A stretch of DNA of 64,000 nt, taken from an uncultured Gemmatimonadales bacterium. GTDB lineage: Bacteria; Gemmatimonadota; Gemmatimonadetes; Gemmatimonadales; Gemmatimonadaceae. The notes beneath the pieces were generated by a model, which did not search any database, had not been told where the DNA came from, and was given only the letters and a program-made list of their open reading frames with translations. Shown one piece after another: positions 18,903-27,579 of the stretch (positions are counted from its first letter, which is position 1; every line of letters starts with the position of its first letter). The stretch is taken from NCBI GenBank assembly GCA_963851265.1, contig CAWKNZ010000007.1, positions 711,091 to 775,090 of the forward strand, in the 5' to 3' direction. A program made the translations under genes and the position numbers.

Positions 18903-19628
18903 GTGCCCGCGCCCGCCGCCCCGCCCCCCGCCCTCGAAGCGCTCGCCCTGGCCCGCCGCTACGGCCCGCGCCGCGCCGTGGACGGCGTGAGCTTCGCGCT
19001 CGCCCCGGGCGACTGCCTCGCCCTGTTCGGGCCCAACGGGGCGGGGAAGAGCACCCTGCTCAAGATGCTCGGCGGCCTGCTCCGCCCCTCGAGCGGCGAG
19101 GCGCGCGTCGCCGGACGCGCGGTCGGCGGCGACGACGGCGCGGCGCGGGGGTCGGTCGGCCTCATCTCGCACCAGAGCCAGCTCTACGCCGCGCTCACCG
19201 CCCGCGAGAACGTCGCCTTCGCGGCGCGCCTCTACGGCGTGCCCGATCCCGACGCGGCCGCGCTGCGCGCCCTCGAGCAGCTCCGGGTCGCCGACCGCGC
19301 CGACACGCCCGTGCGGCGCCTCTCGCGCGGGCTGCAGCAGCGCGTCTCGATCGCGCGCGCGGTCGTCCACGCGCCCGCCGTCCTCCTCTGCGACGAGCCC
19401 TACACCGGCCTCGACACGGTCGGCGCGGACGCGCTCACCGCGACGCTCACGGCGTTGCGGGCGGGCGGCGCCGCCCTGGTGCTCGTCACGCACCAGTTAG
19501 GCGAGGGACTCGCGCTCGCCACGCAGGTCGCCGTGCTCGTGGCCGGGCGCCTCGCGCACCACGCGCCGCGCGCGGCCGTCGACGACGCCGCGTTCGTCGA
19601 CGCGTACCGCGCGCTCGCCGCGGCCTGA
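18903..19628 (+). CDS. ccmA: Heme exporter ATP-binding protein CcmA
   Basis: GPNGAGKS, LSRGLQQR and DEPYTGLD motifs; upstream of ccmB and ccmC. Confidence 0.85.
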   Translation: MPAPAAPPPALEALALARRYGPRRAVDGVSFALAPGDCLALFGPNGAGKSTLLKMLGGLLRPSSGEARVAGRAVGGDDGAARGSVGLISHQSQLYAALTARENVAFAARLYGVPDPDAAALRALEQLRVADRADTPVRRLSRGLQQRVSIARAVVHAPAVLLCDEPYTGLDTVGADALTATLTALRAGGAALVLVTHQLGEGLALATQVAVLVAGRLAHHAPRAAVDDAAFVDAYRALAAA

Positions 19629-19648
19629 CCGCGCGCAAGCCCGCCCGC

Positions 19649-20338
19649 GTGACGCCGCCGTCCGTCCTCGCGACCGCCCTGCTCGTCGCCCGCAAGGACC
19701 TGCTGATCGAGTTCCGCACGCGCAGCGCGTTCCTCGCCGCGGTGGTCTTCGCGCTCGTCGCGGTCGTGATCTTCCGCTTCTCGTCCGACCCCACCGCGGT
19801 CAACCCGCTCGACCTCGCGCCCGGCGTGCTCTGGACGATCTTCGTCTTCAGCGGCATCCTCGGCCTGCACCGCTCGTTCGGCGTGGAGCAGGCCGACCGC
19901 GCGATCGACGCGCTGCTCGCCTCGCCCGTTCCGCGCGAGGCGGTGTTCATCGGCAAGCTGCTCGCGAACTTCGCGTTCGTCGCGTGTGTTCAGCTCGTGG
20001 CGATCCCCGCGGTCGCGCTCTTCTACGACCTGCCGATCGGCGGCGGCATTCTCGCCGGGATCTTTGCGATCGCGGCGCTCGCGGCGGTCGGACTGGTCGC
20101 CGTCGGCACCCTGTTCTCCGCGATGACCGTCAACACGCGACTCGCCGAGCTGCTGCTGCCGATGCTCGCGCTGCCCTTCTTCGTGCCCGTCGTGACGCCC
20201 GCCGCGCTCGCCACGGCCCGGCTGCTCGCCGGGCGGCCGCTGGCGGAAGTGGGGGGAATGCTCAAGCTTTTGGGGAGCTTCGACCTGGTGTTCCTCGTCG
20301 CGTGCACGCTCGCCTTTCCGTACACGCTCGAAGACTGA
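19649..20338 (+). CDS. ccmB: Heme exporter protein CcmB
   Basis: KDLLIEFR, PGVLW and LLLPMLALP motifs; six TM helices. Confidence 0.9.
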   Translation: MTPPSVLATALLVARKDLLIEFRTRSAFLAAVVFALVAVVIFRFSSDPTAVNPLDLAPGVLWTIFVFSGILGLHRSFGVEQADRAIDALLASPVPREAVFIGKLLANFAFVACVQLVAIPAVALFYDLPIGGGILAGIFAIAALAAVGLVAVGTLFSAMTVNTRLAELLLPMLALPFFVPVVTPAALATARLLAGRPLAEVGGMLKLLGSFDLVFLVACTLAFPYTLED

Positions 20339-20374
20339 TCCGTTCGGGATGACTCTCGAGATGACCCTGCCGGT

Positions 20375-21130
20375 ATGACCAACCCGTCGTTCACGCTCTC
20401 GCCACCCCTCGCGCCGACGCCGGCGGCCGCCGCGCCGGCCGCGCCCGCGCGTCCGGCCCGCGGCGTCGACCTGCTGCTCATCGCCGGCCTGCTCGCCGTC
20501 GCGGGCGCGATGGCGCGCGCGGTCTGGTTCACGCCGATCGAGGCGATGCAGGGCGCGGCGCAGAAGATCTTCTACGTGCACGTGCCGTCGGCCGTCGTCT
20601 CCCTCTACCTCGGCCTGCCGCTCGTCGCGATCGCGAGCGGCGTCTACCTGTGGCTCAAGGACGACCGCCTCGACCGGCTCGCGGAGAGCGCGGCCGAGGT
20701 GAGCCTCGTGTTCATGACCGCGGTGCTCGTCACCGGGCCGGTGTGGGGCAAGCCGATCTGGGGCACGTGGTGGACGTGGGACGCGCGCCTCACGCTCACG
20801 CTCTTCCTCTGGTTCGTCGTCGTCGGCTACCTCGTGCTGCGTGGTGCGATCGAGGACCGCGCCCAACGCGCGCGCTACTCCGCGGTGCTCGGCCTCTTGG
20901 CGGTGCTGCTCGTGCCGTTCATCCACCTCAGCGTGTACCTGTTCCGCACGCTGCACCCGATGCCCGTGGTGCTCAAGCCGAGCGCGCCGTCGCTGCCGCC
21001 CGAGATGACGCACACGCTGCTCCTGAGCTTCGGCGCGTTCGCGCTGCTGTTCGTCGCACTGCTGCGCGCGCGCCTGCGCTACGCCAACGAGCGCGAGCTC
21101 GTCGCGCTGGCCGAGGAGGCCGGACAGTGA
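20375..21130 (+). CDS. ccmC: Cytochrome c biogenesis protein CcmC
   Basis: YVHVP and WGKPIWGTWWTWDARLT (WWD motif), RTLHP. Confidence 0.92.
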   Translation: MTNPSFTLSPPLAPTPAAAAPAAPARPARGVDLLLIAGLLAVAGAMARAVWFTPIEAMQGAAQKIFYVHVPSAVVSLYLGLPLVAIASGVYLWLKDDRLDRLAESAAEVSLVFMTAVLVTGPVWGKPIWGTWWTWDARLTLTLFLWFVVVGYLVLRGAIEDRAQRARYSAVLGLLAVLLVPFIHLSVYLFRTLHPMPVVLKPSAPSLPPEMTHTLLLSFGAFALLFVALLRARLRYANERELVALAEEAGQ

Positions 21131-21276
21131 GCGGCGGCCCTCCCGACAATGCCGCGTACTTTCACGCCGCGTACGTGCTCGTCGTACTCGTGTACGGCGG
21201 CTATGCGGCGGTGCTGCTACGCCGCCGGGCGCGCGTACGCCAGATCCTCGACCGACTGGGTGCGCCGGACCGCTGA
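21127..21276 (+). CDS. ccmD: Probable heme exporter protein CcmD (49 aa)
   Basis: GTG overlaps the ccmC stop; YFHAAYVLVVLVYGGY TM helix followed by a basic tail. Confidence 0.7.
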   Translation: MSGGPPDNAAYFHAAYVLVVLVYGGYAAVLLRRRARVRQILDRLGAPDR

Positions 21277-21303
21277 ACTGGCCCGGGCGTATAGCTTTCG
21301 CGT

Positions 21304-21891
21304 ATGCTGAATCCCTGGCACGACCTCCCGCCCGGCCCGCATCCGCCCGACCAGGTCACGGCGATCATCGAGATCCCGGCCGGTAGCCGCAACAAGTACG
21401 AGCTCTGCAAGGACTCGGGCATGCTGCGCCTCGACCGCGTGCTGTACTCGGCCGTGCACTACCCGGGCGACTACGGCTTCGTCCCGCAGACGCTGCACGA
21501 GGACAACGACCCGATCGACATCCTCGTGCGCATCCAGGAGCCCACGTTCCCGGGATGCCAGATCGACGCCCGCCCGATCGGCGTGCTGCGCATGCTCGAC
21601 AAGGGTGAGCCGGACGACAAGATCCTCGCCGTGCCGATGCACGACCCGCTGCACCAGGAGTACTTCGACATCGCCGACCTGCCCGCGCACTATCTGAAGG
21701 AGGTCGAGCACTTCTTCCGCATCTACAAGGACCTCGAGGGCAAGCGCGTCGAGATCCTCGGGTGGGAGAAGAGCGAGAGCGCGATGCGCCTGATCGAAGA
21801 GAGTATCGTGCGCTACCAGGCGAAGTACGGCGTGCGCGCGCCGGCACCGGAGTCGAGCGCGCCGGTGATCGCCTCCGCGGCGCTGCGCTGA
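21304..21891 (+). CDS. ppa: Inorganic pyrophosphatase (family I)
   Basis: NKYE, LDR, YGFVPQT, DNDPID, DDKIL and YKDLE motifs. Confidence 0.95.
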   Translation: MLNPWHDLPPGPHPPDQVTAIIEIPAGSRNKYELCKDSGMLRLDRVLYSAVHYPGDYGFVPQTLHEDNDPIDILVRIQEPTFPGCQIDARPIGVLRMLDKGEPDDKILAVPMHDPLHQEYFDIADLPAHYLKEVEHFFRIYKDLEGKRVEILGWEKSESAMRLIEESIVRYQAKYGVRAPAPESSAPVIASAALR

Positions 21892-21925
21892 CGGCATCAC
21901 TCGCGCCGCGTCGCTCGCGGCGCGG

Positions 21926-23326
21926 TCAGTAGTTCACGGTCTGACCCGCGAGCGCTTCGGCCGGCCGCGGGAGCGGACGGACGCCCGCGCGCGTCGCGCG
22001 CACGGCGCCGTCCTTCATCTCGTGCGCGATGCGGTCGGCGTACGTCCAGAAATCGACCTGGATCGTGTGGCGCGGCGAGGACCGGTACCGCCGCGCCACG
22101 GCGGCGGCATCCTCGCCGATCGCGCGGCGCATCACCTCCGCGTCGGGTAGCGCCCAGTCGCCCGCGACAAGGCCCGCCACCCACCGGCCCTGCAGCTCGG
22201 CCAGCGGCACGATCGAGCCGATCGGCTGGAGCAGTCCGATGAAATACAGGCCCGGCGACGTAGGGGGCACCACGCCCCGAAAGAGCGCGACGTGGTTGTC
22301 GCGCACCGGAAGCACCTCGGGCGGCAGGAACGGGAACGTGATGTTGTAGCCGGTCGCGTAGATGATCGCGTCGAACGGCGCGCGGGTGCCGTCCTCGAAC
22401 ACGATCTCGGTTCCCGCGAGTTCGGCGACGTTCGGCTTGATCTTGAGCCGCCCGTGCCCGACGTAGCTCAGGAACTCCTGATTGATCGTCGGGTGCGCGG
22501 CGAGCATTCCGTATGGCGGCGTCGGCATCCCGTAGCGGAGCTGGTCGCCGGCCGTGAGGTAGACGAGGGCGCGGTACAACCGCTCGCGCATCCAGAGCGG
22601 CAACCGCTCGGAGCCGCGGGTCACCCACTGGTCGGCCGGGCGGCCGAGGATGTACTTCGGGACGATCCACGCCCCCGACCGCGTCGAGAGCGCCACGACG
22701 TCCGCGATGCGCGACAGGTCGACCGCGATGTCGACCGCCGAATTGCCGATCCCGACGACGAGCACGCGCTTGCCGCTGTACGCCTCGGGCCGGCGGTAGT
22801 CGTGCGCGTGGATCGCGTCGCCGTCGAAGCGCCCCGGGAACTCCGGCAGCCGCGCGTCCCAGTGGTGTCCGTTGCACACCGCGACCGCGCCGTAGCGTCT
22901 CGTGCTCTCACGCCCGTCGCGGTCGCGGACCGTGACGACCCATTCCCCGCCGTCCGGCTCCACGCGCCGCACCTCGGTGCGGAACTGGATCAGCGGCGTC
23001 ACCCCGAAATGATCGGCGTACGCCTCGAAATAGCGCAGCACGTCGGAATGATGGCCGAAGTCCGGGAAGCCCGCGGGCAACGGGAAGTCCGCGAACTCCA
23101 TGTTCGACTTGCTCGAGTTGATGTGCAGCGAGTGGTACGCCGCGCTCTGCCCGTTGTCGTTGCCGTACCGCCAGTTCCCGCCCAACGCCGAGCCCTTCTC
23201 GTAGCAGTCGAACGGCACGCCGCGCTCGGCGAGCGCCTTGGCCGTCGTCAGGCCGGCACAGCCCGCCCCGATGACGCAGACGCGCTGGCCGGCGGCGATG
23301 GCGCTAGGAACGGTCGCGGACGTCAT
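21926..23326 (-). CDS. Flavin-containing monooxygenase (class B)
   Basis: GAGCAG, FDGDAIHAHDY fingerprint, GIGNSA and ATGY motifs. Confidence 0.9.
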   Translation of the reverse strand: MTSATVPSAIAAGQRVCVIGAGCAGLTTAKALAERGVPFDCYEKGSALGGNWRYGNDNGQSAAYHSLHINSSKSNMEFADFPLPAGFPDFGHHSDVLRYFEAYADHFGVTPLIQFRTEVRRVEPDGGEWVVTVRDRDGRESTRRYGAVAVCNGHHWDARLPEFPGRFDGDAIHAHDYRRPEAYSGKRVLVVGIGNSAVDIAVDLSRIADVVALSTRSGAWIVPKYILGRPADQWVTRGSERLPLWMRERLYRALVYLTAGDQLRYGMPTPPYGMLAAHPTINQEFLSYVGHGRLKIKPNVAELAGTEIVFEDGTRAPFDAIIYATGYNITFPFLPPEVLPVRDNHVALFRGVVPPTSPGLYFIGLLQPIGSIVPLAELQGRWVAGLVAGDWALPDAEVMRRAIGEDAAAVARRYRSSPRHTIQVDFWTYADRIAHEMKDGAVRATRAGVRPLPRPAEALAGQTVNY

Positions 23327-23401
23327 GACGAATTTCGTGGGGATCAAATCACCGCGCGGAGTGCCCGTTTATAGGTCGACGTCCGCCGTCGCGCAATATC
23401 G

Positions 23402-24133
23402 CTATTCGGCATCGAGCTCCGCGCCTTCGAGGTCCGCGGCGTCGCCCTGCAGCACGCGCACCTCGGCCATCACCGACGAGCCCCGGATGTGCACCCGCGG
23501 CGCATGTCGGGCGTCGAGGTCGGCATGCATGGTTTCGTCGTGCGCCGCGCCGATGAACGGGAGCACGTCGACCGTCGCCTGCACCCCCCGGGGTAGCAGG
23601 ACGCGCACATTCGCCATCACCGCACCGATGTCGATCTCGCACCCCCCCACGGGCAGCACGGCGTCGCGCAGGTCGAGCACCGCCTCACTCATGATCGCCC
23701 ACACACGAAGTCGCGGCGACACGAGCCACGGACCGACGCGCCGGGTCGAGCTCATCACCGCCAGCATCCGGTTCTCGTCGCGGCTCACGTCGCGCACCGG
23801 CACGAGCGTTCCGCGCTGCCAGCCGTAGGCACCAGGCGGGAGTCCGACCGTCTCCGGTTGCGGCCGCGGGCCCGTGGCGGCATGCGGCGCGGCGGGCCAG
23901 GCCGCGGTCGTCAACGCGTCGCCCATCTGCTCGAGCGCGCGGGCGTCGGTCAGCGCATGCAGTCGGTCGAGTTCGGCCTCGAACTGCTCGACCGTGAGCG
24001 AATCGTCCGCGTACCGATCGGTCAGCAGGCGGACGACGCGCTCGCGCGCGACCTCACGGCGCGCGATCTCACGCTGCGCGGCCTCGTCGGCCCGGTCGGG
24101 GAAGGCGTTCGGCGTCGGAGGCATGCCCGCCAT
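23402..24133 (-). CDS. DUF1707 SHOCT-like domain plus LiaF/DUF2154-like C-terminal domain protein
   Basis: RERVVRLLTDRYADDSLTVEQFEAELD, then AVLDLRDA and VRVLLP motifs. Confidence 0.7.
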   Translation of the reverse strand: MAGMPPTPNAFPDRADEAAQREIARREVARERVVRLLTDRYADDSLTVEQFEAELDRLHALTDARALEQMGDALTTAAWPAAPHAATGPRPQPETVGLPPGAYGWQRGTLVPVRDVSRDENRMLAVMSSTRRVGPWLVSPRLRVWAIMSEAVLDLRDAVLPVGGCEIDIGAVMANVRVLLPRGVQATVDVLPFIGAAHDETMHADLDARHAPRVHIRGSSVMAEVRVLQGDAADLEGAELDAE

Positions 24134-24224
24134 ACGCGCGCGGACGACGGAAGGTGTCGCAGGGGCGGTCGGCGTACCGCATCACGTGATGCCGCCCCGC
24201 CCGCGACCGACGATCGCGCCGCGC

Positions 24225-24269
24225 GATCGCCCTCGCGGTGATCGCTCTCGCGGTGATCGCCCTAGCGGT
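24225..24269. repeat. 15-bp tandem repeat, three copies (gatcgcYctMgcggt), overlapping the ketosynthase stop codon
   Basis: gatcgccctcgcggt/gatcgctctcgcggt/gatcgccctagcggt. Confidence 0.75.
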
Positions 24270-25503
24270 GCCGCCGGAACACCAGCGCGGCGTTGATTCC
24301 GCCGAACCCGAAGCTGTTCGACATCGCCACGTCGACCTCTTCGTCGCGACCCTCGCCCGTGATCATCGCGAGGTCGCAAGCAGGGTCCGGCACTTCGAGG
24401 TTGATCGTGGGGGGCAGCCACCCGCGGTGCAGGGCGAGCACGGTGATGGCCGCCTCGACCGCGCCCGACGCGCCGAGTGCGTGGCCGTAATAGCCCTTCG
24501 TGCCGCTCACGGGGAGCGCGTCCGCGTGCGCGCCGAACACCTGCCTCGCGGCGAGCGTCTCGGTGGGGTCGTTGAGCGGCGTCGACGACCCGTGCGCGTT
24601 CACGTAGCCCACCTCGTGCGGGGCCACGTGCGCGTCGCCGAGGGCGAGGCACATCGCGCGGGCCGCCTGGCGTCCGTCGGGACGCGGCGCGGTCATGTGG
24701 TGCGCGTCGTTGGTCGTGCCGTAGCCGACGACCTCGGCGTAGATGCGCGCGCCGCGCGCGAGGGCCCGCTCGCGCTCCTCCAGCACCAGCACCGTCGCGG
24801 CCTCGCCCATCACGAACCCGTCGCGGTCCTTGTCGAAGGGGCGCGACGCGGTGGCCGGGTCGTCGTTGCGCGTGCTCATCGCGCGGATGAGCGCGAACGC
24901 GCCGAAGCAGAGCGGCATCAGCGGCGCCTCCGCGCCGCCGGCGAACATCACGTCGGCGTAGCCGTCCCGGATCGCGCGGAACCCGTCGCCGATCGCCATC
25001 GCGCCCGACGCGCAGCTCATCGCGTTGGTCGAGTTCGGCCCGCTCACGCCGAGCTCGATCGCGATGTTGCAGCTCGACGCGCCGCCGAACACGTTGAGCG
25101 CGATCGTCGCGTCGAGCACGCGCGCGCCGTGGAGCGTGTACTTCGCGAGCTGCTCCTCCGCGAACCCGACTCCGCCTAACGCCGTGCCCATCACCGCGCC
25201 CACGCGGTCGCGGTCCTCGGCGCCGAGGTCCAGCCCCGAGTCCTCGAGCGCGAGTAGCGCGCCGGCTACCGAGAACTGCCCGAACCGGTCGAGCCGCTTG
25301 GCCCGCTTCCCCTCCATGTGGTCGTCGGGCACGAAGTCGCGCACCTCGGCCGCGTTCCGGCTGCGCCAGAGGTCGGGGTCGAAGCGCGTGAGCGTCGCGA
25401 CGGCCGATCGGCGCGCGCGGAGCCCGGCCCAGAGCCCGTCGGCCGTGGTGCCGATGGGGGTGATGGGCCCGAGCCCGGTGACGACGACGCGGCGGCGCGG
25501 CAT
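24262..25503 (-). CDS. Beta-ketoacyl-ACP synthase (FabF/KAS II or type II PKS KS-like)
   Basis: RRVVVTGLG; catalytic Cys in SCASG, His in NAHGSST and GHALGA; NSFGFGG. Confidence 0.9.
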   Translation of the reverse strand: MPRRRVVVTGLGPITPIGTTADGLWAGLRARRSAVATLTRFDPDLWRSRNAAEVRDFVPDDHMEGKRAKRLDRFGQFSVAGALLALEDSGLDLGAEDRDRVGAVMGTALGGVGFAEEQLAKYTLHGARVLDATIALNVFGGASSCNIAIELGVSGPNSTNAMSCASGAMAIGDGFRAIRDGYADVMFAGGAEAPLMPLCFGAFALIRAMSTRNDDPATASRPFDKDRDGFVMGEAATVLVLEERERALARGARIYAEVVGYGTTNDAHHMTAPRPDGRQAARAMCLALGDAHVAPHEVGYVNAHGSSTPLNDPTETLAARQVFGAHADALPVSGTKGYYGHALGASGAVEAAITVLALHRGWLPPTINLEVPDPACDLAMITGEGRDEEVDVAMSNSFGFGGINAALVFRRHR

Positions 25504-25614
25504 GAGGCGGTACGACGGGGGTTGCGTTACGAGAACATCGTGGGGACGCCCCTCGTGGGCGCCCCCCGGGCGGAGTACGATCGTGGACCGGCGATCGGAT
25601 GCGTCACGCGGGCG

Positions 25615-26208
25615 TCAGGCGGATGCGCCGCCCGCCGCGTCGCGTTCGGCCACGCGCGCCAGCCCGGCGAGCGTGCGCGACGCGATGCCGTGCACGAACA
25701 CCGGCCCAATAACCCCGACCGCCGCGAGCGTTCCGATCGCCGGCCAGCGCGGCCCGTCCCACACATGCACGATCCGCACGCGCGTCTGCGGGCGGCCGTC
25801 TGCGGCAGGCGCGAGCGCCTGGAAGCTCCACTCGACGTCCATGCCCGCGGTCACGCCCTGCACGTGGCGGTAGCGTACGAGCTGCGCGCCCTCGTCGACG
25901 CGCATCTCCGAGAGCCACCACGTGGGCCAGTCGGCGACGCCGAACGGCCGGTTGGCCGACATCTCGACCAGCCCGCCGCCGTCACGCGTGCGCGCCCGGA
26001 AGCGCACGAAGCGGTAGTGCGCGAGGTGCGTCGGCCACGCCTCGACGAAGCGCGCCAGGTCGAACAGCGGCGGGACGGGCGCGGCCACCACCTGCTCGTC
26101 CACCGTGATCATCGCGCGCCCCATCGGCATCGGGCCGAGGTCGTACGGGCGCTTGAGCGCGCGGTCGGGCGGGGGCGGAGGAGCGGTCGGGTTGGCGGGC
26201 GCCGTCAT
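25615..26208 (-). CDS. SRPBCC/START-fold protein (polyketide cyclase/dehydrase-like)
   Basis: LFDLARFVEAWP, WWLSEM and GMDVEWSF pattern. Confidence 0.75.
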   Translation of the reverse strand: MTAPANPTAPPPPPDRALKRPYDLGPMPMGRAMITVDEQVVAAPVPPLFDLARFVEAWPTHLAHYRFVRFRARTRDGGGLVEMSANRPFGVADWPTWWLSEMRVDEGAQLVRYRHVQGVTAGMDVEWSFQALAPAADGRPQTRVRIVHVWDGPRWPAIGTLAAVGVIGPVFVHGIASRTLAGLARVAERDAAGGASA

Positions 26209-26987
26209 GCGGTGTAAGCTCGCCCCGAACGCGACGGCGTGACAGTGCCGCTGCGGGCCGCGGCGTCAGCTCCCGTTCCGCCGCGCGGCCCGCGCCGCGG
26301 CTCCCACGTCGACACCACGCGCCAGCCGAGCCCGCGCCGCACGTGCGCCGCGGCGCCCGTCGCTCGGGTGACGAGCGCCGCGAGCTCGTGGGGCGTGAAG
26401 CCGCGGAACACCGAGACCACGCCGTCGTGCCGGGTGACCGGGTGGAAGCGGAGCGCGCGCGAGGCGAGCCAGAACCCGGCCGCCGCGACATAGCTCCGCC
26501 GCAGGTCCGCCACGATCACCAGACGTCGCGCCACGCGGTCGAGCTCGCCGAGCAGGTCGAGCAGCTCGGGCTCGGCGAAGTGGTGGGCTACCTGCGAGCA
26601 CGTCACGACGTCGACGCTCTGGTCCGCGAAGGGGAGGGCGAACGCGTCGGCGCAAATGCTGCCCCCCACGCGCGCGCGACTCGCGGCCGCGAGTGCGGGG
26701 CTCAGCTCGACGCCGTACGTCTCGAGCGCGACGCCGCGCCGGGCGGCGAGGCGCCGCGCGTGCCATGGGATGTCGCCCACGCCGGTGCCGACGTCGAGCA
26801 GCGTGTGCGCCACGCGCGTCCGGTCGCGGAGTACCGCGTCGAGCGCCCGCAGCACGGCCCGCCGCCCGCCGAACAGCACATTCGAGCGCGCCACGTCCTC
26901 GAGCGACCGCACCGTCGTCGCCGCGTCGAGCGCGGGGTCGTCGATGAGTTCGACGCCGCGCCGGCGCGCCGGGGTCAGCAGGCCCAC
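26205..26987 (-). CDS. Class I SAM-dependent methyltransferase
   Basis: ELIDDP, LLDVGTGVGD, DVVTCSQVAHHF, ADLRR and HDGVVSVFRGF motifs. Confidence 0.85.
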   Translation of the reverse strand: MGLLTPARRRGVELIDDPALDAATTVRSLEDVARSNVLFGGRRAVLRALDAVLRDRTRVAHTLLDVGTGVGDIPWHARRLAARRGVALETYGVELSPALAAASRARVGGSICADAFALPFADQSVDVVTCSQVAHHFAEPELLDLLGELDRVARRLVIVADLRRSYVAAAGFWLASRALRFHPVTRHDGVVSVFRGFTPHELAALVTRATGAAAHVRRGLGWRVVSTWEPRRGPRGGTGADAAARSGTVTPSRSGRAYTA

Positions 26988-27000
26988 GCCGCCCCCCGGA

Positions 27001-27037
27001 CGCGCCGCCGCCGCACGCGCCGCCCCCGCACGCGCCG
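27001..27037. repeat. 15-bp tandem repeat (cgcgccgccSccgca, about 2.5 copies), intergenic
   Basis: Read directly from the sequence. Confidence 0.5.
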
Positions 27038-27050
27038 GGCGCGCACGTGC

Positions 27051-27545
27051 CTAACGCTCGAGCGACGCGTAGCCGCCCCGGTAGTAGAGCAGGGGCCCGC
27101 CGTCGCGCCCCGAGGCCTCGCGCACCCCCGTCTCGGCGACCGCGCCCACGACGATCGTGTGGTCGCCGCCCGCGTGCCGCGCGGACACGCGGCACTCGAG
27201 CCACGCGAGCGTGCCGTCGAGCAGCGGCGCGCCGAGCGCGCCCCGCGCGTACCCCACGCCGGCGAACCGGTCCGACGGCTCGCGCGAGGCGAAGCGCCGC
27301 GACAGCGCCTCCTGCCCCGCCGCGAGCAGGTTCACGCCGAACACCACGCCCTCCTCCAGCACGTCGTGCAGCGTCGCCGCGCGATCGATGCAGACGAGGA
27401 TCATCGGCGGCTCGAGCGAGAGCGAGCAGAACGCGCTCAGCGTCATGCCGAGGTCGCGGCCGTCGACCGTGGTGGTGACCACGGTGACGCCCGACGCGAA
27501 GCGGCCGAGCGTGGCGCGGAAATCGTCGCGCGAAGGGGAGGACAT
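27051..27545 (-). CDS. Flavin reductase (HpaC/RutF-like)
   Basis: FRATLGRFASGVTVVT, SLSLEPP, GGDH and PLLYYRGGY motifs. Confidence 0.9.
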   Translation of the reverse strand: MSSPSRDDFRATLGRFASGVTVVTTTVDGRDLGMTLSAFCSLSLEPPMILVCIDRAATLHDVLEEGVVFGVNLLAAGQEALSRRFASREPSDRFAGVGYARGALGAPLLDGTLAWLECRVSARHAGGDHTIVVGAVAETGVREASGRDGGPLLYYRGGYASLER

Positions 27546-27579
27546 GGAAGCGAATCGTGCTCGTGGGTGAACGCGCCCG

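Noticed and set aside
18903..21276. ccmABCD without ccmE/F/H as a novel heme-export system
   Set aside because: Split ccm loci are common, and the remaining genes may lie elsewhere in the genome
24225..27037. Short tandem repeats as a CRISPR array
   Set aside because: Units are 15 bp, adjacent with no unique spacers, and there are no cas genes
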